A stretch of 64,000 nt of DNA from Candidatus Eiseniibacteriota bacterium (GTDB taxonomy: Bacteria > Eisenbacteria > RBG-16-71-46), in the NCBI GenBank assembly GCA_963707915.1, contig OY970178.1, forward strand, positions 3,094,103 to 3,158,102, written 5' to 3'. This document shows, one piece after another, positions 38,817 to 49,028 of the stretch. Both the position numbers and the translations under genes were made by a program. A model generated the notes under the pieces. It did not search any database. It was not told the DNA's origin and saw nothing but the letters and a program-made list of their open reading frames with translations. The stretch's first letter is position 1, and each line of letters begins with the position of its first letter.

Positions 38817-40106
38817 TCACGTCCTCACCTTGGTCACGACACCCTTCATGACCTCGTTGTAGCGCACCACCCCGAGCAGGTGGTCGTGGTGGTCGACGAC
38901 CGGCAGCAGCCGGTAGTGGTACTTCACGAACAACTCCTGCAGGTCGTCCCGCAGGTCCTCGGCCTCGGCGCTCACCACCGGGGAGATCATGATGTCGCCC
39001 ATCAGGGTGTCGTCCTGCGCCAGCACCAGGTCGCGCAGGTCCACCACGCCCTCGAGCACGCGCTCCTCGCCCTCGACCACGTAGACGTACGAGATGCCAT
39101 CGGCCTCGCGGCCGGAGCGGCGGATGTCGCCCAGCACCTCGCCCACGCGGCTCTCCTTGCCGACCGCGAGGAAGTCCGGGGTCATCAGCGAATGGGCGGT
39201 GACCTCGCGCTCCGAGAGGATGGCGTGGAGCCGCCGGGCGGTCTCGGCGGGCAGCATCTTCGTGAGCTCGGTCACGTGGGCATGGGGCAGCACGGTGAAG
39301 AGGTCGGCGAGCTGGGCGACGTTCATCTCCGCGAGCACGGACCGTGCCCGCTCCTCGCGCATGTCGGCGATGATCTGGCGCTGGGCGCGCGGCTCGGCCT
39401 CGAGCAGGGCCTCGGCCGCGGTCTCGGAGTCGAGCGCCGAGAACAGCGCCTCCTGCTCCTTGCCGGAGAGCTCCTCGAGCGCGTCGGCCAGGTCCTCGGG
39501 CGGCAGGTCCACGAGCTGTTTGCGCGTCACCGAGAGCGACACCTTGTCGGTGCTGACGGCGTCCTCGAGGTTGAGCGGCTGGACGTACTTCCAGGTGATC
39601 AGGTTCTCCTTGAAGAGCTGGAGCCATCCCAGGTGCCAGCGGCGCAGGAAGCCGTTGAACGAGGTGTCCACGTGCACCACGGCCAGCCGGCCGCGGCTCT
39701 CCAGCAATTGCACGTCGTTCACGGCCTCGACGCGGCGGCCGTCGATGTCGAGGATGGTGCGTCCGACCAGGTGGTTCTCGAGCAGCATCCAGCCCGGCTG
39801 GTCCACGAACGGGGGATAGGCCTCGCCCGCCTCGGGCGGCTGCACGAAGATGGCGTCGTCCTCGATGCGCAGCACGCGCTTCCACGGCACGAACTCGGTG
39901 GGCTTGCCCCAGCCGTGCTCGACGACGATGCCGACCGCCTCCGGGTAGAGCTCGGCGAGCGAGAAGACCAGGTCGTCCACCTTGCCGATGCGGTCGTGGA
40001 TCTTGCCCTTGCAGACCGGGCGGTGGATCAGCTGCGAGAAATAGAGGAACCGGAACTCTCCCGGCAGCTCGAGGTTCTTCGTGCTCTTCTGGGTGGTCGC
40101 GGTCAT
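38817..40106 (-). CDS. stand-alone MgtE-N plus CBS-pair regulatory-domain protein (no membrane domain), with an N-terminal PRC-barrel-like region
   Basis: MgtE intracellular N-domain and tandem CBS domains, but the protein ends without TM helices. Start ATG preceded by GGAGGTGA. Confidence 0.65.
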   Translation of the reverse strand: MTATTQKSTKNLELPGEFRFLYFSQLIHRPVCKGKIHDRIGKVDDLVFSLAELYPEAVGIVVEHGWGKPTEFVPWKRVLRIEDDAIFVQPPEAGEAYPPFVDQPGWMLLENHLVGRTILDIDGRRVEAVNDVQLLESRGRLAVVHVDTSFNGFLRRWHLGWLQLFKENLITWKYVQPLNLEDAVSTDKVSLSVTRKQLVDLPPEDLADALEELSGKEQEALFSALDSETAAEALLEAEPRAQRQIIADMREERARSVLAEMNVAQLADLFTVLPHAHVTELTKMLPAETARRLHAILSEREVTAHSLMTPDFLAVGKESRVGEVLGDIRRSGREADGISYVYVVEGEERVLEGVVDLRDLVLAQDDTLMGDIMISPVVSAEAEDLRDDLQELFVKYHYRLLPVVDHHDHLLGVVRYNEVMKGVVTKVRT

Positions 40107-40108
40107 GG

Positions 40109-41438
40109 TCACCTCCGGCTCATCCCTGCGGGAAGAGCCCCGGGAAGAGGGTGCTGAGCGCGAACAGCGTCGAGACGATGACGATCGCCGATCACGATGC
40201 TCCAGTTCACGATGTTCTGCCAGCGCGTGTTGACGTACTTCCCCATGAAGCCCTCGTCGTTGAGGATCAGCAGCAGGAAGACCAGGGCGACCGGCAGCAG
40301 GGTGACCGCCACGACCTGCACGTACATGGTGATGGTCACGAGCGGGGCGCCGGGGATGAGCACCACGGCCCCGCTGGTGAGCAGCATGCCCAGGTAGGCC
40401 ATGTAGAACCAGGGCGCGTCGCGCACGCTCTTGTTGAGCGAGTGGGCCCAGCCCAGCACCTCGCCCATCGCCCAGGAGGAGGACAGCGAGATGCACAGCG
40501 CGCCGAGGAAGCCGGCGTCGAACAGGCCGATGGCGAAGAGCTGCTGCGCCAGCCGGCCCTGCCCGTGGGGCAGCAGGGGCACCAGCGCGTCGGCGGTCTG
40601 CCGGGCGTCCTCGATCGCGATCGGCGGGCTGGTGGTAGTGAAGAGCGGCCCCGGTGACGATGATGATGAACGCCGCCACGATGCAGGTGAGCAGCGCGCC
40701 CGCCAGCGTGTCCCACTTGCCGAAGCGCACGTCGTGGATGTCGAGGCCCTTGTCCACGACCGAGCTCTGCTGGAAGAAGATCTGCCACGGCGTGATCGTG
40801 GTGCCGATGTTCGCCAGCAGGATGAAGATCAGGCCCGGGGTGAATCCGCCCGGGATCTCGGGCTTCACGAAGCCGTCGAGCACCTTGTTCCAGCCGGGTG
40901 CGCCCGGGGCATTCATGGCCCACAGGGCCGCCGGGATGTAGACCAGGTTGAAGATGCAGAAGAAGAGCGTCAGCTTCTCGAAGGTCCAGTAGCGCCCGGT
41001 CACCACCACCGTGAAGAGGATGGCGGTGACCCCCAGGAACGTGATCCAGGGCGGCACGCCGAAGATGCTCGCCGCCGCGATCATGCCGATGTACTCGGTC
41101 ACCAGCGTGAGCCAGTTCACGATCGCCAGGTCGAACAGCGAGAACCATCCCCAGACCGGCCCGAAGCCCTCGAAGATGGCCTCGGCGTGCCCGCGCTTGG
41201 TGACCGCCCCCAGCCGCACGGTCATCTCCTGGATGTAGTAGGCGATCGGGACCAGCAGGAGGAAGATCCACAGCAGGCTGAAGCCGTATCGGGATCCGGT
41301 CACGGCGTAGGTGGAGATGCCGCCGGCGTCGTTGTCGGCCACCATGGTGATGATGCCCGGGCCCAGCACGGCGGCGAAGATCGTGATCTGCCGCCGGAAA
41401 CGCGAGAGCTTGTGGATGCTCTTGCTGAGCCAGTACAC
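40109..41438 (-). pseudogene. mntH: Nramp/MntH divalent-metal transporter interrupted by a +1 frameshift near 40615-40630
   Basis: N-terminal two-thirds (GPGIITMVADNDAGGISTYAVTGSRYGFSLLW...FIIIVTGAALHYHQP) are in one frame. The C-terminal third (IAIEDARQTADALVPLLPHGQGRLAQQLFAIGLFDAGFLGA...) is in the +1 frame. No single ORF spans the gene. This could be a sequencing error. Confidence 0.6.
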
Positions 41439-41669
41439 GTGCACCTCGAGGTGGGTCCGGCAGGGGGGCGGAGGCCTGGGCAGCCTGGCGCTGGACGATT
41501 CGGCGCAGAGTAGGCCGCGGCTCCGCGGTCGGCAAGCGGAAATGGGCCGGATGCGCGCCGGGACGCGACGCGCGACGCGAATTGGAAACGGCTTGACACT
41601 CCGCGACGGAGGCCGATACGGTGGAAGTCGTCGCTTCCTTCGTCGGCTCGCCATGGAGTCCTCCCCGCC

Positions 41670-42143
41670 ATGCTGCTCTCCGAGCTCCTCAATCCCGACG
41701 CGATCTGCCTGCGCCTGAAGGGCCGCGCCAAGCGCGAGGTGCTGGTCGAGCTCGTGGACCTGCTCGAGGCCAGCCACGGCTTCGCGAGCCAGGGCGAGAT
41801 CCTCGACCGCGTGCTGCGGCGCGAGGCCATGATGTCCACGGGGCTCTTCCCCGGCGCGGCCATCCCGCACGGCAAGGCCCGCTCGGTGAACCGCATGGCG
41901 GCGGCCTGCGGGCTCTCGCCCGAGGGCGTGGATTTCGAGTCGGAGGACGGCCAGCCGACCCACCTGTTCGTGCTGCTGGTCTCGCCCGAGAACGCCACCA
42001 CGCCGCACGTGCGGCTGCTCGCGAACATCTCGCGCCTGCTCAAGGACGACGCCGTGCGCAAGGGCCTGCTCGAGGCGCGCAGCCCGGAGGAGTTCCTGGC
42101 GGTGATCCGGGGCGGCGAGAGCCCGTCCATCCCGCAGGGCTGA
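41670..42143 (+). CDS. ptsN: PTS EIIA(Ntr/fructose-type) protein, PtsN-like
   Basis: PTS_EIIA_2 fold with the conserved His region (PGAAIPHGK). Confidence 0.7.
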   Translation: MLLSELLNPDAICLRLKGRAKREVLVELVDLLEASHGFASQGEILDRVLRREAMMSTGLFPGAAIPHGKARSVNRMAAACGLSPEGVDFESEDGQPTHLFVLLVSPENATTPHVRLLANISRLLKDDAVRKGLLEARSPEEFLAVIRGGESPSIPQG

Positions 42144-42168
42144 CACCCGGCCGGCGCCACCGGCCGCG

Positions 42169-42834
42169 ATGGGGGACACGGTGCACTTCCTCGACGCCTG
42201 GGCGGCGCTGCCGCTCCCCGAGCTCCTGCGCTTCGCCGTCCCGGCCGCGCTGCTGCTGGTCGCGGTGCTGGCGCCCGGCCGCGTGCCGGCGCGGCTCACC
42301 GCGCTGGGGCTGGCGGCCGCGATCCCGTTCCTGCCCGGGTCGGGTGGTTCGGCGTGGGTCACGGCGGGCTGGGTGCTCCTCTGGCTGGCGATCGCCTGGC
42401 GGGCGGGGCGGCCCTCGTGGCGGGCGGGGCGCTCCGGCGCGCGGCTGGGGGGGATCGAGTCCGGCACCGTGGGGCTGCTGCTCGGGGCGTCGTCGCTCGC
42501 CTTGCTGCTCGCCGGCGTGGCCCGGCTCGACCTCGACGCCGCCGCGACGCGGCAGTGCTCCTTCGGCGTGCTGCTGGTCAGCCTGGGCTTCCTGCACCTC
42601 ATGCTGCGCCGCCACGCCGTGCGGGCCGCCACCGCCTTCGCCGCGATGGGGCTCGGCCTGCAGCTCCTGCAGGCCGCGGTGCGGGTGGTGGCGACGGCCG
42701 GCAGCGCGCCCCCCGAGGGACTGCCGCTGGCCGCCAGCGCGCTGGCGGTGGCGCTGACGGTGCGCGTCGGCGCGGCGCGCCTGGCGACGGCCGGCTCTCC
42801 GTGGGTGAGCGAAGCCCACGACCTGCATGACTGA
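42169..42834 (+). CDS. hypothetical polytopic membrane protein
   Basis: Hydrophobic, Ala/Leu-rich. Translationally coupled to the next gene. Confidence 0.45.
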   Translation: MGDTVHFLDAWAALPLPELLRFAVPAALLLVAVLAPGRVPARLTALGLAAAIPFLPGSGGSAWVTAGWVLLWLAIAWRAGRPSWRAGRSGARLGGIESGTVGLLLGASSLALLLAGVARLDLDAAATRQCSFGVLLVSLGFLHLMLRRHAVRAATAFAAMGLGLQLLQAAVRVVATAGSAPPEGLPLAASALAVALTVRVGAARLATAGSPWVSEAHDLHD

Positions 42835-42837
42835 GCC

Positions 42838-44172
42838 ATGCGCCTCCTGAGCCACCTGTTCCCCGGTCCCCGCACCGCGGGCGGCCTGCTGTGCACGGCG
42901 GGCCTCGTGCTGGCCGTCCTGCCCGCGCGCTTCGCGCCGGCGCTCGGGATCGAGCTGCTCGCGGGCGGATTCTGGTGGTGGGCCCGCGCCAGTGACGAGC
43001 CCGCCTTCCAGGTCCCGCGCTGGCGCTGGCTGCGCCGGCCCGCGACCGCGCTGTGGCTGGCGGCCGCCATCGAGATGGCGCTGCCCGGGGCGGCCGGCGG
43101 TTTCGTGGTGCCGCCCGCCACGCTCGCGTTCTGGTCGCGGGTCGAGGCCATCGCGATCGTCTGGGCCGCGCTCGAGTTGCTGGCCGCGCTCCCGCTGGCG
43201 CGGCCGTTCTCGGACCTGCCGGGCCCGCTGGTCGGCACCGGCGCGTGGTTGCCGGCCCTGCTCCCCGCGGCCGGGTTCCTGCTGCTCTGGCGGTTGGCGC
43301 CGCGCTGGCTCGACGTGGACGAGGTGCGTGACGCGGCCGCCGCGCTGCTGTTGCTCACCGCGGGGCTGGCGGCGCTGCGGGCCTACGGGCGCCGGCGCTG
43401 GACCGCCGGGCTGCGCTGGCTGGTCGTGTTCGACGGCGCACTGGCCGGCGTGCTGCTGGCGAGCGGCGCGGTGCCGCCGTGGATCGCGGGCGTGCTGTGG
43501 GCCGGCGCCTGCGGCACCCACGCCCACCTGCTGGCCGGCGAGCTCGGCGGAGCGAGCGCACGTCGCGGCCCGGTGATGGCGATGTCGTGGCGCATGACCT
43601 CGTGGATCTCGACCGCCGCGCTGGGCTGGCCGCTGCTCGCCGCCGCGGGCGGGCTGAGCGCGCGCCGCGCCGCGCTCGTGCTGGTCTGCGGGGGCGTCCC
43701 GGTCGCGCTCGCCTCGTGGGTGAACGTGGCCCGCCTGGTCGAGGCCCCCGAGCGCCGCTCGCTCGCCCGGCCGGTGTCGTGGTTCACCCCCACCCGCGTC
43801 GCCCCGGTCGTGCTGCTGGGCGGCGTGCCGCTGGCGCTGGTGAGTGCGTGGTGGGTGGGCTTCGCGCCGCGGCCGCTGTACGCGCTGCTCGCGCTGCTGC
43901 CCGCGGCACTGGGCGGGGCGCTCGGCCTGCTCGCCCTGCACGGCGCGGCGAGCGCCCGCGAGGCGCGCGCCGACCGGGTCGCCCAGCACGCCGCGCGCCG
44001 CCTGTTCCGCCTGGTGATCGGCCTCGAGCGCGCGCTGGTCGCGGGGGCGGGGCGCCTGGTGCGGGTGCTCGCCACCCCGCTGCGCGACCTGCACACCGGC
44101 GACGCCCAGGAGTACGTGCTGTTCCTGGTCGGCGTGGCCGTGCTCGCCATCCTGCTGCCGCTGATGCGATGA
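42838..44172 (+). CDS. hypothetical polytopic membrane protein
   Basis: About 12 predicted helices. ATGA overlap with the next gene. Confidence 0.45.
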   Translation: MRLLSHLFPGPRTAGGLLCTAGLVLAVLPARFAPALGIELLAGGFWWWARASDEPAFQVPRWRWLRRPATALWLAAAIEMALPGAAGGFVVPPATLAFWSRVEAIAIVWAALELLAALPLARPFSDLPGPLVGTGAWLPALLPAAGFLLLWRLAPRWLDVDEVRDAAAALLLLTAGLAALRAYGRRRWTAGLRWLVVFDGALAGVLLASGAVPPWIAGVLWAGACGTHAHLLAGELGGASARRGPVMAMSWRMTSWISTAALGWPLLAAAGGLSARRAALVLVCGGVPVALASWVNVARLVEAPERRSLARPVSWFTPTRVAPVVLLGGVPLALVSAWWVGFAPRPLYALLALLPAALGGALGLLALHGAASAREARADRVAQHAARRLFRLVIGLERALVAGAGRLVRVLATPLRDLHTGDAQEYVLFLVGVAVLAILLPLMR

Positions 44173-45377
44173 GCGCGACCGCCCTGCTCGCCCGCCCCGC
44201 CCTGCCGGTGGCGCTCGCACTGGTCGCGGCCCTGCTGCTGGTCGCGTCGCAGCGCCGGCAGCGCCCGCTCTCCGGCTCGCTCGGCCTGCTGCTCGCGCTG
44301 GTGCCCTGTGCGCTGGTGCTCGCGCGGCTCGACGCGGCCGGCTGGATCATGGCCCCGCTGGTGGCCGCGCTCACCATCGCCGCGCTCGCCCGCGAGCGTC
44401 CCGACCCGCTGCCCGGCGAATGCGCGCTCAAGCTGGTCTGGGTGCTGGGGGGCGCCTTCGCCCTCACCGCGGTGGGGCTCGCGCTGCTGGCGCTCGCCAC
44501 CGGCGTGACCGCGCCGCGCGAGCAGTGGAGCGTGCTGCAACTCGGCCTCTCGCAGCGCATCGTCTGGGCGGTGGCGCTGCCGCTGGTGCTGCTCGCCGGC
44601 GTGGTGCTGCTGGGCGGGGCGCCCTTCCACTTCTGGGTGGCCGACCTGTTCCAGGGCGCCTCCGCCGCGCTGGTGCCGCTGGCGGTCGCGACCCTGCAGG
44701 GGCTGGGGGCGATGTGGCTGGTGCGGTGCCTCGCCGGGATCGAGGCGTTCGCGGACGGCGCCGCGCTGGCGGGGACGCTGCTGCGCACCGCCGCGGTCGC
44801 CGCGCTGCTCGCCGGCGCCGGCACGCTGCTCTTGCAGCGCCGGCCGGAGCGGCGGGTGGGCACGCTCGCGAGCCTGCAGGGCGGTCTCGCGCTGGCCGCG
44901 CTGGCCATCACCGCGGGGCGCGGCCCGCTGGACGCGATGGTCGCTGCCTGGCTGGTGCCCTGGGCCGCGCACCTGGCGCTGGCGCTCTCGGGCGCGGCGC
45001 TGCTCGCGCGCCTCACGCCCGCCGACCCGGCCGCGGGCGCGCCCGGCGGCCACCTGTTCCGCCGCCACCCGCTGAGCGCGTTCGCCGGGCTCTACGCGCT
45101 GTTCTCGCTGGCCGGCGTGCCGGGCACGCCCGGCGCCGCGCTCTGGCTCGAGATCGCGCGCGGGCTCGCGGCCGGCGGCCGCAGCGGACTGCTCGTCGCG
45201 CTCGCGCTCGGCTGGCTCGCGGCCTTCACCACCGCGATGCAGGCGCTGCGCGACGGGTTCGGCGCGCCCACCGCGGTGCGGCCGGAGCGCCGCGTGCCGG
45301 TGCCGGTGCGGGCCGCGCTGTGGGCGAGCGGCGCGGGGCTCGCGGCGCTGGGCGCGGCGCGGGCGCTGCTGCGATAG
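44169..45377 (+). CDS. NuoN/MrpD-like (complex I antiporter-type) membrane subunit, degenerate
   Basis: GGAPFHFWVADLFQGA resembles the PFHxWLP motif of proton-pumping NuoL/M/N/MrpD subunits. Confidence 0.5.
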   Translation: MSATALLARPALPVALALVAALLLVASQRRQRPLSGSLGLLLALVPCALVLARLDAAGWIMAPLVAALTIAALARERPDPLPGECALKLVWVLGGAFALTAVGLALLALATGVTAPREQWSVLQLGLSQRIVWAVALPLVLLAGVVLLGGAPFHFWVADLFQGASAALVPLAVATLQGLGAMWLVRCLAGIEAFADGAALAGTLLRTAAVAALLAGAGTLLLQRRPERRVGTLASLQGGLALAALAITAGRGPLDAMVAAWLVPWAAHLALALSGAALLARLTPADPAAGAPGGHLFRRHPLSAFAGLYALFSLAGVPGTPGAALWLEIARGLAAGGRSGLLVALALGWLAAFTTAMQALRDGFGAPTAVRPERRVPVPVRAALWASGAGLAALGAARALLR

Positions 45378-45574
45378 CCCGGGCCGGGGGAATGGGGGCT
45401 CCCCCGCGGGCGCAGGGCGAAGCGCCCCGGGAGCGCCGCGGCCGGGGGGCGCTCTGCCGCGTTCAGCGTGGCCATGCGGCATCCGGTCACATCGTGGCTG
45501 TGCCTGTCGGCTCGCTGCCGCAGGATCCCCGCAGGCGGAGGTCGGAGGGGCCGGCCGCCGGAACAGGAGGACGG

Positions 45575-46123
45575 ATGGACAGGAAGGCATTCCTCATGGG
45601 CATGTGCGGGCTGGGTGCCTGCAGTTGTGTCGCGGGTCTGCTGGACGCGCCGGCCGCGCGGGCGGCCGAAACGGCGGAGGTCCCGGATCAGCGGCTGGTG
45701 TTCGCGCGCTACCAGGTGGCCCATCTGGTCCGCTTCATGGCGGCGGGGCCCGCGGTGCCCGCCTGCACGGACGCCGTCGAGCGGACCGGCCGCGAGTGCG
45801 CGAAGCTCGGCGGACTCGGCGCGAAGTTCAAGGGCGACCCGCAGGGGTACTTCGAGACCGCCCGCAAGGCGTGGGGCACCGACTTCCAGTGGGACAAGGC
45901 GAAGGGCATCGTCACGGTCGCGGTCGCCGAAGGCCCGTGCGGCTGCCCGCTCGTCGACGTCAAGCGCACGCCGGCCTTCTGGTGCAACTGCTCGGTCGGC
46001 TACCAGAAGGAGATGTTCTCGGCGGTGTTCGACCGGCCGGTGCAGGCGACGCTCAAGGAGTCGAAGCTGGCGGGCGCGAAGCGCTGCGTGTTCGAGGTCC
46101 AGGTGGGTCCGTCGGCGGGATGA
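45575..46123 (+). CDS. Cys-rich secreted hypothetical protein
   Basis: AGGAGGAC RBS, hydrophobic signal-like N-terminus, CGCP...CNC cysteine cluster. Confidence 0.5.
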   Translation: MDRKAFLMGMCGLGACSCVAGLLDAPAARAAETAEVPDQRLVFARYQVAHLVRFMAAGPAVPACTDAVERTGRECAKLGGLGAKFKGDPQGYFETARKAWGTDFQWDKAKGIVTVAVAEGPCGCPLVDVKRTPAFWCNCSVGYQKEMFSAVFDRPVQATLKESKLAGAKRCVFEVQVGPSAG

Positions 46124-46166
46124 GACCGGGAACGCGTCGCCGCACCGGTCGTCGCGCTCCTCTTCT

Positions 46167-46865
46167 TCACCGGGGGGGCGACTCCTTCGACCCGGTGAGT
46201 GACTTGCTCAGGACGACGTGCAGGGCGAGGTCCGAGGAGGCGCGCTCCGTGCACCGGTAGCCGAGGCCCGCCGTATCGATGCCGGCGAGCAGGTGCTCGC
46301 CGCGCCCGAGGAGCACCGGGGACATCACGAGATGCATCTCGTCGATCAGCCCCGCGGTGAGGTACTGGCGGACGGTGGCGACGCCACCACCGAGACGGAC
46401 ATCCTTGCCGTGCGCCGACTCCTTCGCGCGCTGCAGCGCGGCCTGGATGCCCTCGGTCACGAAGTGGAAGGTCGTCCCGCCCTGCATGACGATGGGCGCG
46501 CGGGCGTGGTGCGTGAGCACGAACACGGGGACGTGGTAGGGCGGGTCGTCCCCCCACCATCCCTTCCAGTCGTCGCCGGCCCAGGGGCCCCGCATCGGCC
46601 CGAACATGTTCCGGCCGAGGATCCAGGCGCCGACGTTCTCGAAACCGCGCGCGGCGAACGCGTCGTCGACGTCCTCCCGGCCGACCGGGTCGCGGATCAG
46701 CGGCCCGGCGAACCCGGCGTGCATCTTCTGGAAGGTCTTCGTGCCGAAGACCCACTCGTGGAGCGCCATCCCTCCGACGCCCATCGGATCGGCGAGGGCC
46801 TGGTCAGGACCGGCGCCGAAACCATCGATCGAGATCGAGAAAGCGTTCACCCGGAGCCTGGACAC
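46167..46865 (-). CDS. dihydrofolate reductase family protein (RibD C-terminal-domain-like)
   Basis: N-terminus MSRLRVNAFSISIDGFGAGPD typical of RibD_C/YwjB-like reductases. Confidence 0.65.
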   Translation of the reverse strand: MSRLRVNAFSISIDGFGAGPDQALADPMGVGGMALHEWVFGTKTFQKMHAGFAGPLIRDPVGREDVDDAFAARGFENVGAWILGRNMFGPMRGPWAGDDWKGWWGDDPPYHVPVFVLTHHARAPIVMQGGTTFHFVTEGIQAALQRAKESAHGKDVRLGGGVATVRQYLTAGLIDEMHLVMSPVLLGRGEHLLAGIDTAGLGYRCTERASSDLALHVVLSKSLTGSKESPPR

Positions 46866-46970
46866 GGCGTGGATCCTCCCCGGCCTGGGTTTCGCCTGCG
46901 CCCCGCCCTTCCGGCGTGGCCCACGGCTTTCGATGCATCGGCCCCGGCCGCGGTTGCAGTTCTCCCGCCT

Positions 46971-48602
46971 TCAGGGTCCGAGCTTCTCGATGGCCGATGT
47001 CGCCACCCAGAACACCTGGTTCCCGTTCTGGGTCGAATGGCGGTTGTAGAAGAGGTACTTCCCGTCGGGCGACAGATGGGCGCCGTACTCGTCGTCCGGG
47101 CCGTTGAACGCGTCGCCGAGGTTGACCGGCGTCGTCCAACCACCGTGCCCGTCGGTGAAGCTCGCGTACAAGTCGGTCCCGCCGTGCCCGCCGATGCGGC
47201 CCGAGTAGAAGACGAGGAAGTGCCCGTCGGGCGCGATGCACGGGTCGCCCTCGTAGGACTGCGCGTTGATGGGGGCGTCGAGCTTCTTCACCACCATCGC
47301 GCCGGAGGCGTCCCGATACGCCTTGTAGATCTGGTTGGCCAGCCCGGCAGGAGCCCGGCCGAAGTAGCGCGTGCCGTCGGTCATGACGCTGCTGCGGACC
47401 TCGCGCTGCTCGCTGTTCACGGGGGGTGGCAGCGGCGCCGGCGGGCCCCAGCCCTTGTCCAGCCAGCTCACCTGCCAGAGATCGGGGGCGCCCTGCTTGA
47501 TCGCGGTGAACGTGACGGTCCGGCCGTCCGCCGAGAAGACCGGCTCGCCGGTGAAGGCGAAGTCCGCGGCGAAGGGAACCTCCTGGAAGGCGCTCCAGGT
47601 GCCGCGCACGCACTCCGAGGAATACAGGCGGGAGTTCGAGTAGTCGGACGCGCCGACCGCCACCAGGCAGCGCCTGCCGTCGGGCGAGAACGAGATGTCC
47701 TCGACCCAGCGGCTCAGGCTGTCGAGGATCTCCGGGGCGAAGCGCACCGGCCGGTCCCCGGGGCGGGCCGCGCCGAAGTAGACGCCGCGGAGCGGGGCCG
47801 GCAACGGATGGATGACCGGAGGCTCGGTCGGGCTCGGGGCCGCGCTGGTGGGCGTGCCCGGATGATCGGAGAAGTACGCCGTCAGCGCGGCGATCGCCTC
47901 GGTGCGCAGGGGCATGACGATCTCGAGGTTCATGGCGGCGCTCAGCAGTCCGGTGGCCATCTCCTGCGTGAGCCGCCCGTCCGTCACCGCGGGATCGAGG
48001 CCCGCCTCGATGCCGGCGACCAGTTGTGCGGGCGTCGTCGCCTGGAGGTTGCCCTTCACGAGCTGCAGCGTGCCCTGCACGTCGGCGTGGGGGAGCGAGG
48101 CGAGGCGCTCGTCGAAGCGCTTGCGGAAGGCGGCGCGGAGGTCGTTCCCCGGTTCCGCGCTGGCCTCCAGGTAGGTGCCGGTGATCAGGCCCGTCAGGAC
48201 CCGGCCGACCGGGTTCTGGTTGAGATTGCGCACGCGCTCGATGCAGCCCACGGCGCCGTCGTGGTCCCGCTTCAGCAGGGCGACCGCGAGCAACGTGGTG
48301 TAGCTGCGCTGGATCAGGGAGCTGTCCGCGATGGCCGAGGCGGCGAGGTCCGCCCTGAGGTCCTTCTCCACCTGCAGGGCGAGCGCGAGCACCGCCGCAT
48401 GGTTCTGCAGCACCTCGCTCGGCTTGCCCTGGATCGTATACGCATGGGCGGGCAGGGTCGCGGGCGTGTTCTCGGCGGCCCGGGCCGGCGTCGCGGCCGG
48501 TCGGAGGCCGACGCCTGCCGTCACCGCGAGCACCGCGCAGATCAGAGCCGCCCGGCGTGTGAACGATCTTCCTTCCTTCATGCCTGAGAGAGCCAAGTCC
48601 AT
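46971..48602 (-). CDS. secreted PD40/TolB-like beta-propeller protein
   Basis: PD40-like repeats (ISFSPDGRR, FSADGRTVTF, CIAPDGHFLVFYS, AHLSPDGKYLFYN). Start between 48581 and 48602; AAGGAGG lies at 48603-48609. Confidence 0.6.
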   Translation of the reverse strand: MDLALSGMKEGRSFTRRAALICAVLAVTAGVGLRPAATPARAAENTPATLPAHAYTIQGKPSEVLQNHAAVLALALQVEKDLRADLAASAIADSSLIQRSYTTLLAVALLKRDHDGAVGCIERVRNLNQNPVGRVLTGLITGTYLEASAEPGNDLRAAFRKRFDERLASLPHADVQGTLQLVKGNLQATTPAQLVAGIEAGLDPAVTDGRLTQEMATGLLSAAMNLEIVMPLRTEAIAALTAYFSDHPGTPTSAAPSPTEPPVIHPLPAPLRGVYFGAARPGDRPVRFAPEILDSLSRWVEDISFSPDGRRCLVAVGASDYSNSRLYSSECVRGTWSAFQEVPFAADFAFTGEPVFSADGRTVTFTAIKQGAPDLWQVSWLDKGWGPPAPLPPPVNSEQREVRSSVMTDGTRYFGRAPAGLANQIYKAYRDASGAMVVKKLDAPINAQSYEGDPCIAPDGHFLVFYSGRIGGHGGTDLYASFTDGHGGWTTPVNLGDAFNGPDDEYGAHLSPDGKYLFYNRHSTQNGNQVFWVATSAIEKLGP

Positions 48603-49028
48603 CCTCCTTGTCGGCACGACGATCACCTCGGAGTGAGTGGGGCGGAGCCGATCCACGGGCATCATAGCCCGCGACATCTGCGCGGATCGCGGGGAGCGAA
48701 CCGATGGCCCGTCTTCCGGCACGAAACGCACGAATCGCGGCACGAGCGCGGGAGAAGAACTCTCCGGGCGCGAGTCCCCCGGGCGCATTCGCCGCAGGCG
48801 ACGGCGGCGAATGCGGGATGGCGGGCGCCGGTGCGCGGTCCGGCGCCGCCCGGCACTGGAGCAGCCCGGTCGCGCCATTGTAGGCTCGGTCGCGTGCCGA
48901 AGGTGATCCGACGCGACTTCCCTCCGCGGGACGTCGCGTGGCGATGCGGCACACGACCGGGACCGACCCTTCCTCGAGCGTCCGCCGGATGGGCGGAGCG
49001 TCGGGGATCATGAAGCGGGAGGGGATGT

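Noticed and set aside
38817-43358. Giant 1513-aa minus-strand ORF
   Set aside because: Artefact of stop-codon-poor GC-rich DNA. It fuses the real MgtE-N/CBS gene, the N-terminal Nramp segment and upstream junk; only the parts with domain signatures were kept.
46971-48878. Full 635-aa extent of the PD40 ORF
   Set aside because: The first about 90 codons are Arg-rich junk preceding a plausible signal peptide. The start was moved to 48581-48602, near the AAGGAGG at 48603-48609.
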